32,000 nucleotides of DNA, from NCBI RefSeq assembly GCF_000446015.1, contig NC_022093.1:1650001-1682000 (forward strand), in the 5' to 3' direction. The stretch comes from Thermofilum adornatum. GTDB lineage: Archaea; Thermoproteota; Thermoprotei; Thermofilales; Thermofilaceae. Positions 26,191 to 32,000 of the stretch are shown one piece after another. Both the position numbers and the translations under genes were made by a program. The first letter of the stretch is position 1; the number at the start of each line of letters is the position of its first letter. Under the pieces are notes generated by a model. The model had not been told where the DNA came from and searched no databases. It saw only the letters and a list, made by a program, of their open reading frames with translations.

Positions 26191-27696
26191 ATGAAGAGAA
26201 TAATAAATTACCTCGTCTTTTTTTCGCCTTTCCTCGCGGCACTAATTGCAACTTATCTTACCTTCAGCGACGTTTGGCTGGTGTGGCTTGCATATGGCGT
26301 TTGGCTAGCAATGTTTACGGGTTTCTTCGTATTTCTAAACTACACACTTGTGACACTTCGATACAGAAAGTATGATGCAAGGTACGTAGGGAAACCCCTA
26401 AACCTTAGGATTGCGGCCTTTGTCACGTCATTTAATGAGGATCCAGGTATTATTAAGGACACGCTTCTCTCAGTTAAGGCCGCACTTAAGGGTAGAGGCG
26501 ACGTGTATCTTTTGGACGACTCGACCAGGCCCGAGATAGTCAAAGAAATGGAGGAATTTTGTAAAGTTAATGGTATATATTATATCCATAGGACTGACCG
26601 CAGAGGCTTCAAGGCTGGAGCCATAAACAATGCCCTAAGGCTTGTTGGAGACAAGTATGACCTCATAGCTATATTCGACGCTGACCAGCGTCCAACCTCA
26701 GGCTTCTTTGATGCGGTAATTCCATTCTTTAGAGACGAGAATGTCGCATTTGTCCAGGTTCCTCAAAAATACACCGAGATAGACTCCTATGTCTCTCAGG
26801 GCGCAAAGTACCAACAGGAGCCCTTCCTAAGGATAATAATGCGTGGGAGAAGCGAGTCGTCGGCTTTTTCCCTGGGTTCTGGCACGGTTTTCCGGGCAAG
26901 CGTCCTTAAGGAAGTCGGGGGCATGGACGAGTCGAGCATAACTGAGGACGCGGCAACCTCTGTAAAGATTCACTCCATGAAATATCTCTCCCCCTACCTG
27001 GACGAGGAGCTTATCTGGTATGGAGAGCCGCCTCCAGACGCTTCTGCATATGTACAGCAGCAGAGCAGATGGTCTTTTGGCTATTTCCAGCTTACACCTA
27101 ATCTTTTAAAGATGAGCCTCGACATTCAGGTCTTCTTTGACTATGCTGCTGGCTTTTATTATTGGCTGAAAGAGGGTATCCTTACATTGTTCGAAATAAT
27201 TGCGCCAATAGTCTTCCTATTGTTAAGGAGACCCTACATCAAGCTTGACCCGTTCCTTTATGCCATTGTCTACTTTCCCTATTTGTTCTTCTCGACGGCC
27301 ATATTCACCTATAGCATACGGAGAAAAACCTATGGTCTTAGGGGCTTCCTTCTCCACCAGTTCGTAGAATACATAGCCTTCTTCGGGTTAACGGTCTCAT
27401 TTTTCTCCTGGCTTGCTAGGCGTAAACGTCCATTCAAGGTGACCCCGAAAGGCAGGGGGAGAAGAGCGTTCGGCGTTGTTGTACCCCACGTTTTCTTTGA
27501 CATTCTCTTGCTTTTATCAATATTTGCTGGTGTCGCGTGGTACCCATCTGCACCAATGATTCTGCAAGCCGCGATACTGGTAAACCTCTTCTGGGCTGTT
27601 TGGCACTACTTCTTCTTGACGGGCTCGATAATAGTTGCACTGTCGGTTCCAAGAGAAAGAGAAGAAGCAAGATACGTTGAGAAAATAAAGAAATAA
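26191..27696 (+). CDS. Processive family-2 glycosyltransferase, cellulose-synthase-like (BcsA/CesA type), no PilZ domain
   Basis: Two N-terminal TM helices, then LLDDS, FDADQ (DAD at 26677-26685), VQVPQKY, TED (26941-26949), QQQSRW (27055-27072) and the FxVTxK motif FKVTPK (27433-27450) within the C-terminal TM bundle. It starts 4 nt after the ParA-like stop. Confidence 0.85.
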   Translation: MKRIINYLVFFSPFLAALIATYLTFSDVWLVWLAYGVWLAMFTGFFVFLNYTLVTLRYRKYDARYVGKPLNLRIAAFVTSFNEDPGIIKDTLLSVKAALKGRGDVYLLDDSTRPEIVKEMEEFCKVNGIYYIHRTDRRGFKAGAINNALRLVGDKYDLIAIFDADQRPTSGFFDAVIPFFRDENVAFVQVPQKYTEIDSYVSQGAKYQQEPFLRIIMRGRSESSAFSLGSGTVFRASVLKEVGGMDESSITEDAATSVKIHSMKYLSPYLDEELIWYGEPPPDASAYVQQQSRWSFGYFQLTPNLLKMSLDIQVFFDYAAGFYYWLKEGILTLFEIIAPIVFLLLRRPYIKLDPFLYAIVYFPYLFFSTAIFTYSIRRKTYGLRGFLLHQFVEYIAFFGLTVSFFSWLARRKRPFKVTPKGRGRRAFGVVVPHVFFDILLLLSIFAGVAWYPSAPMILQAAILVNLFWAVWHYFFLTGSIIVALSVPREREEARYVEKIKK

Positions 27697-27722
27697 AAAG
27701 AAAACTCTTCCCGTTAAGCCGT

Positions 27723-28166
27723 TCAGGCTTGGTCAAGATTTTTGAGGTAGTCTATGTTTTCCCTCTCAGAGGGGTCGGGCTCTTTTACCGAGAACCATTC
27801 GTCGAGTATTTCTTTGGCTACCTCTTCTGAGAGCAACCTCGCGCTTAGCGCTAGAACGTTGGCATCGTTCCACAGCCTTGCGCCTCTTGCGTTCTTTGCA
27901 TCTGTGCATAGCGCTGCTCTTATTCCCTTTACCTTGTTAGCCGCTATGCTTACACCTGTCCCCGTATAGCACATAACTATGCCCGTATCCGCCTTGCCAG
28001 ATGCTACTAGCTGTGCAACTTCCTGCCCGACCTTTGGCCATGGATAAGGCTTGCCTGTCAGCGCCGAGCCGACCAGGATTACTTCGTGCCCCCTCTTTTT
28101 CAGCTCCTGGACAATGAAGGATACAATAGAGTAGTTGTCATCGGAGCCAAAAGCTACCCTCATCAC
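27723..28166 (-). CDS. rpiB: Ribose-5-phosphate isomerase B / RpiB-LacAB family sugar-phosphate isomerase
   Basis: MRVAFGSDD..., GIVMCYTGTGVSIAANKVKGIRAA and WNDANVLAL match the family. GTG at 28166 is followed directly by ATG at 28163. Confidence 0.85.
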   Translation of the reverse strand: MMRVAFGSDDNYSIVSFIVQELKKRGHEVILVGSALTGKPYPWPKVGQEVAQLVASGKADTGIVMCYTGTGVSIAANKVKGIRAALCTDAKNARGARLWNDANVLALSARLLSEEVAKEILDEWFSVKEPDPSERENIDYLKNLDQA

Positions 28167-28222
28167 TTAGACGTATAGTTTTCCCAATTTATAGCCTTTA
28201 CTCCGAAACTAATGACTAATTT

Positions 28223-29623
28223 TTAGCCGAGTGTTTTCTCTATTATTTTTCCTCCAAGCCTCTTCGCGAGCTCAAATATCTTTGCCTCCACACTTGAAAC
28301 TATTTCTCGCAGTCTCTCGTTGGTTTTAGCCTCCGAGTAGATCCTAAGCTTTGGCTCTGTACCGCTCTTCCTGACGAGCAACCAGGACCCGTCTGGATAC
28401 TCGTATCTAAATCCATCAATGTCGATGATTCTAGCCGGCTCGCCTAGGAGACCTTTAAGCTCTTCTACCAGCTCTTCATAAAGCCTGTCCCGTATCTCTT
28501 CGGGGTCAAGGATATAGCTTCTCCTGTCCCAGGGATAGTCTGGGATATTTTCTTCCTCTAGCAACTTTGAGAGAGGCTTCCCGGTTTCAACCATGTTCTT
28601 TAGTATTATTGCTACTTGTAGGATGCCGTCGACCCAGTGTCCCCAGGAGGGGAGGATAAGCTTCCAAGGCTCGCATGCCACAGCAACGTTGCCGGGCCCT
28701 AGCTGCTTTACACGTTCATGGGTCTTTCCTAGGGGGTACCTCTCTAGCCTTACGCCGTGCCTCTCTACGACCTCGTCTAGGGCCAATCCGGTATCAATGC
28801 TTGCTATAACATGGCCAGGCTTGTCCTCGAGTGCCAAGTTTGCATAGTATGCTAGTAGCCTGTCCAGCTTTATGTATCCACTCTGCGTGTCAAGAACTGC
28901 AAGCCTGTCCCCGTCCCCGTCGTGTGCCAGGATAATCGATGCATTTACAACGCTTGCAATCCCAGAGTACTGTTCTAGCACGTCCTTCCTGGGCTCAGGT
29001 AAACGTGCCGGGAAATGCCCGTCAGGGTTACAGTTCATGGTTATAGGCCTAGCCCCCATCATCCGAGCTATCCTAGGCGAGACGTCAAAAGTAGCGCCAT
29101 TTGCACAGTCGATAATTACTATGGGTCTCCAGGCAGTCCTCGACGGGGCAAATCTTTCTAAAAGCTCTGTAACATATTCCTCGACGACCAGGCTGTCGCG
29201 GGAAAACCCCCCAACTTCTTGCCAAGAAACGGGCCTGAAGCTTTTATCAAGTAAGAGCTCGATTTTCTCCTCGAGGTCCCGCGTAGACTCAAAGCCGTCA
29301 GGCGTGTATAACTTAAAGCCGTTATACTCGGGAGGATTATGGCTAGCAGTTACACTTATGCCGAGGCTTTTCCTCCTAGAAGCGGCGAAGCCAGCTATGG
29401 GTGTTGGGGCGAGCCCAACCTCATATACGTCTATCCCAGAGGATAACATCCCCAATGCTAATCCATACATTACAAGGTGGCTCGTGATCCTAGAATCATA
29501 CACGATATGACTCGTCCCCGAAAGGCCTAGATTCCCCAAGACAAGCCCCACGCGGTAAAGCAAGATCGGGTCTAGTTCATTGGGAAACCTTAGCCGGACA
29601 CCAGCTGTCCCAAATATCTTCAC
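28223..29623 (-). CDS. Phosphoglucomutase/phosphomannomutase (alpha-D-phosphohexomutase family)
   Basis: Active-site TASHNP (GISVTASHNPPEYNGFK), Mg-binding HDGDGDR and the phosphate-binding SGTEP loop are present. The start is GTG. Confidence 0.9.
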   Translation of the reverse strand: MKIFGTAGVRLRFPNELDPILLYRVGLVLGNLGLSGTSHIVYDSRITSHLVMYGLALGMLSSGIDVYEVGLAPTPIAGFAASRRKSLGISVTASHNPPEYNGFKLYTPDGFESTRDLEEKIELLLDKSFRPVSWQEVGGFSRDSLVVEEYVTELLERFAPSRTAWRPIVIIDCANGATFDVSPRIARMMGARPITMNCNPDGHFPARLPEPRKDVLEQYSGIASVVNASIILAHDGDGDRLAVLDTQSGYIKLDRLLAYYANLALEDKPGHVIASIDTGLALDEVVERHGVRLERYPLGKTHERVKQLGPGNVAVACEPWKLILPSWGHWVDGILQVAIILKNMVETGKPLSKLLEEENIPDYPWDRRSYILDPEEIRDRLYEELVEELKGLLGEPARIIDIDGFRYEYPDGSWLLVRKSGTEPKLRIYSEAKTNERLREIVSSVEAKIFELAKRLGGKIIEKTLG

Positions 29624-29703
29624 AAAACATGTATAACAGGTGCCTGATTTTTAGTCTTCCGGTCGAGCCGCCATGGACAACCAAAGCGGGTGCTCTATCA
29701 AAT

Positions 29704-29720
29704 CAGCGCGCTAAGTAGAG
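29704..29720. repeat. GC-palindrome motif copy, inverted (cAGCGCGCTAAGTAGag)
   Basis: It is the reverse complement of CTACTTAGCGCGCT, located between the phosphohexomutase and vapBC-4. Confidence 0.6.
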
Positions 29721-30013
29721 CGTGCAGTGAAGTTCTGTAGGTATGTTTGAATTGTACACGCTGTATCAAAACATTGTCCTAACATTTGCACGGATCAAGA
29801 GAGTAAAGATAACACTACCACCTGAAGAAAAGTCCAGATAATTTGGTTTCCTTATATAGGATAGTTGGAGACCCGTTTTACCTCCTATCGTGTGTATTAA
29901 TACTCATTATAAGTTTTTCACAGAGCTTTAAAGCAAAACTTCAGCTGGTAGTTATAGAAAACAAGTTACTGAAAAACCTTTTTATACTCTCTGGAGTAAT
30001 TAAGGTGAAGAGT

Positions 30014-30301
30014 ATGAGTGAGAAAGTGAAAACAAGCCTGTTTATAAATCGAGCTCTATGGGAGGAGTTTAAGCTCAAAGTAGGAAGCCGTGTTGGGCTG
30101 AGAGCTTTGAGCAGAGCTGTGGAAGAACTTCTAGAAGATGAGGTTGCCGAGTTAGTGGTAGCAGATGAGCTCTCAAAAATGGTAGAGACCTCATCACTCA
30201 TTGAAGTCAAGCCTGTAAAGCCCAAGGTTCCCACTGACGCCAGCAAGGCTATAAGGGAGCTGAGGGAGAGAGAAAATGAAAAACCCAATAGTGTACCTTG
30301 A
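30014..30301 (+). CDS. vapB: RHH-type antitoxin (VapB-like)
   Basis: MSEKVKTSLFINRALWEEFKLKV...LSRAVEELLEDEV fits an RHH pattern. It overlaps the downstream PIN gene by 26 nt. A TATA-like tttttatac lies at 29979-29987. The ORF-track N-terminal extension (29843-30013) is unsupported. Confidence 0.6.
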   Translation: MSEKVKTSLFINRALWEEFKLKVGSRVGLRALSRAVEELLEDEVAELVVADELSKMVETSSLIEVKPVKPKVPTDASKAIRELRERENEKPNSVP

Positions 30302-30731
30302 TTCCAGCACAATCGTTAAACGTTACGTAGAAGAAGCTGGTAGCGAGGTTGCCCGCGATGTATACAACTCAGCATTGGCTGGCAACCTAACTCTTTCGTT
30401 TTCAGCCTGGAATATTGGGGAGGTGCTGGGGGTTCTAGAGAGGTATCGAAGAAGAGCGTGGTTGGACGATGAAAGCTATGTAGCTGCAAGGATGATGTTT
30501 ATCGGAGAAACTATAAGATTGTTGAAGCTTGGAGCTTTGATCCTTGTGCCTATCCGAGTTAGACTGCTCGCAGAGGCTTGGAGGCTCCAAGAAAAATACC
30601 ACATTTACCAGGCTGATGCACTTCAAGTGGTTTCAGCCAAGTACGTAAAGGCGAACAAGATGTATACGGGGGACAGGAGTCTGCATAATGTAGCTCTTGC
30701 AGAAGGGCTTCAGAGTGTCATACTTAAGTGA
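30276..30731 (+). CDS. vapC: PIN-domain toxin VapC
   Basis: VYLDSSTIVKRYVEEAGSE, YHIYQADALQV and MYTGDRSL fit the PIN pattern. Confidence 0.8.
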   Translation: MKNPIVYLDSSTIVKRYVEEAGSEVARDVYNSALAGNLTLSFSAWNIGEVLGVLERYRRRAWLDDESYVAARMMFIGETIRLLKLGALILVPIRVRLLAEAWRLQEKYHIYQADALQVVSAKYVKANKMYTGDRSLHNVALAEGLQSVILK

Positions 30732-30865
30732 AAATGATGAATTCCCGGGCTTTACAAGTATTGAGAGGCCATTCCATGAGATATAAATTCATAAAGTAAG
30801 GTTTTTGAAAATTTAAAACAAAAATGGTTTAAAATAAAAATTTCCTTTTTACCTTCAAAAGCTTC

Positions 30866-31579
30866 TCAAAGGTTAGCAGGGGGAGGCGGTGGGGGAGGTG
30901 CAGTCGGAGCCGTCTTTCTCATCGGCAGGACCATGTTTGCTATGGCGAAGATAGCTAATACTAATCCTAGAACCAAAAATATTGGGTTCCCCGCCATTGA
31001 GAGGCCTGACGCTGTTGGAGGAGTATATTCATATCGCAATGTATTCGTATCGCTTATGAACTTGATGTTTTTTGCCTCTTTTGGCAGGTTAATAGTTGAT
31101 GTGATTATCATTCTAGTATCTGTTGTAACCGCCCCAGCATAAGTGAATACTAAGGTGTTACCCGTCTGGGCTGAAAGTGTTACCTTCTGCTTTTCACTTG
31201 CAATCTTCATTTCCCAGTAATCCTTCTTATATACTGCGGCGCCCTTTATAACGTACTTAGCAATGATCCTGTTGTTTGCCTCGTCGACCTGAATATTGAG
31301 ATTTGTTATCTCGACATCAGTTCTTTTTGATTTGAAGAGTCTAGTTAGCATGCTCAGCATTGGGTACTGTTGTTTAAAGCTGGCGAAGGCAGTTGCAGAC
31401 ATGCTTATAACTTCCTCAACGTATGCATCCCCATTTTCCGCAATATTGTAGGTAGCCTTGTCCTCAAGCTCTAAGACCGCTATTGGCTGAACCTGTGCCC
31501 ACGTGGTAAAGCCATCTAATAGGATTATCGCGAGGAGCATTAATATTAGAATAGACAAGTACCTTCTCATTTTTATCAC
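30866..31579 (-). CDS. hypothetical envelope protein with N-terminal signal/anchor, C-terminal TM helix and poly-proline tail
   Basis: N-terminal YLSILILMLLAIILL, C-terminal IFLVLGLVLAIFAIANMVL, then KTAPTAPPPPPPPANL. The GTG start overlaps the upstream stop (GTGA). Confidence 0.6.
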   Translation of the reverse strand: MIKMRRYLSILILMLLAIILLDGFTTWAQVQPIAVLELEDKATYNIAENGDAYVEEVISMSATAFASFKQQYPMLSMLTRLFKSKRTDVEITNLNIQVDEANNRIIAKYVIKGAAVYKKDYWEMKIASEKQKVTLSAQTGNTLVFTYAGAVTTDTRMIITSTINLPKEAKNIKFISDTNTLRYEYTPPTASGLSMAGNPIFLVLGLVLAIFAIANMVLPMRKTAPTAPPPPPPPANL

Positions 31580-32000
31580 CCCAGCCTAAACGTTTGAATG
31601 ATAGATTCACATGTATTTATCATGTTCTGGTCGAAGACTTGGTAAAATATGATAAAGCCGTAACCCTGATACTCGAAGTACCTTGCAACTATGATAAAGT
31701 TTTGACCACTGAAACTATACTGATATGCAACTGCGTCAGCCTGGACACCTGATACTGACACCTTTTGTTCCTTTAAGACTTTCAAGTCACCCTGCTGGCT
31801 CATAGCGTTCTCAAAATAACTTCTCAACTCCTGTCTTTTGACGCCTTGAACCCACAAGACAACGATCAGGGCTTGGTCTTGATAGACAAAGTCGACCTCG
31901 TATGATCCATGCTGGGAAACAGTCCAACTCTTCGGATATGACATGCTCCACCTTGGCGAGGGGTTTGTATATTGTAGAGACCCACCTGTGCTAGGCTGGC
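31576..32000 (-). CDS. hypothetical protein, 5' end possibly outside the window
   Basis: The frame stays open to the window edge, and a possible ATG lies at 31944. The YTNPS..WSMSYPKSWTV pattern loosely resembles PsbP/DUF1795-like domains. It is in an operon with 30866..31579. Confidence 0.5.
   Translation of the reverse strand, partial: QPSTGGSLQYTNPSPRWSMSYPKSWTVSQHGSYEVDFVYQDQALIVVLWVQGVKRQELRSYFENAMSQQGDLKVLKEQKVSVSGVQADAVAYQYSFSGQNFIIVARYFEYQGYGFIIFYQVFDQNMINTCESIIQTFRLG

Noticed and set aside
28872-29510. 212-aa ORF on the + strand
   Set aside because: It is a shadow ORF opposite the phosphohexomutase gene, whose TASHNP and DGDGDR motifs fix the real frame.
29843-30013. N-terminal extension of the ORF-track entry 29843..30301
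   Set aside because: The RHH-like sequence begins at ATG 30014, which has a TATA-like box about 30 nt upstream. The extension is hydrophobic AT-rich read-through.
30876-30905. G-rich run (gggggaggcggtgggggaggtg) on the + strand
   Set aside because: It is simply the complement of the codons for the PPPPPPP tail of the 30866..31579 protein, so no independent element is needed.
1-32000. Search for CRISPR arrays, tRNA/rRNA genes, transposase or integrase genes
   Set aside because: I saw no regularly spaced direct repeats, no tRNA-like T-arm or acceptor patterns in the GC-richer intergenic stretches, and no transposase or integrase-like ORFs. A covariance-model scan (tRNAscan-SE or Infernal) would be needed to exclude small ncRNAs.

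Overview
The window looks archaeal, probably from a hyperthermophilic crenarchaeote. This is inferred from AT-rich TATA-like boxes about 25-30 nt upstream of many start codons (leaderless-type geometry), 4-nt start/stop overlaps, a high density of VapBC modules, an APE2256-type CARF protein and an N-terminally anchored Opp/Dpp binding protein. The content is a mosaic of accessory and housekeeping blocks. (1) 1-4.3 kb: an SNF2-family helicase fused to a DUF3883-like nuclease-fold domain, translationally coupled to a beta-CASP/RNase J-like metallo-beta-lactamase nuclease. (2) 4.3-16 kb: an accessory or defence-island-like stretch. It holds three VapBC pairs, a frameshifted MNT nucleotidyltransferase, an orphan CARF-wHTH protein plus a decayed paralog fragment, a truncated anion-permease remnant, a repeat-domain envelope protein interrupted by one in-frame TAG, and a ClpP-class (SDH family) protease with a secreted protein. 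(3) 16.4-22.7 kb: a five-gene Opp/Dpp-type ABC importer whose binding protein has its family-5 motifs in circularly permuted order. (4) 22.9-27.7 kb: a visibly AT-richer four-gene island encoding a cellulose-synthase-like processive GT2, a ParA/MinD-like protein with a lysine-less P-loop (BcsQ-like) and two ORFans. I consider this the best candidate for an undescribed system. (5) 27.7-32 kb: rpiB, phosphohexomutase, a fourth VapBC pair and two envelope-protein genes. A GC-palindromic motif (consensus CTACTTAGCGCGCGCT) recurs at least 11 times, almost only in intergenic DNA at cassette boundaries. I found no tRNA, rRNA or CRISPR array.
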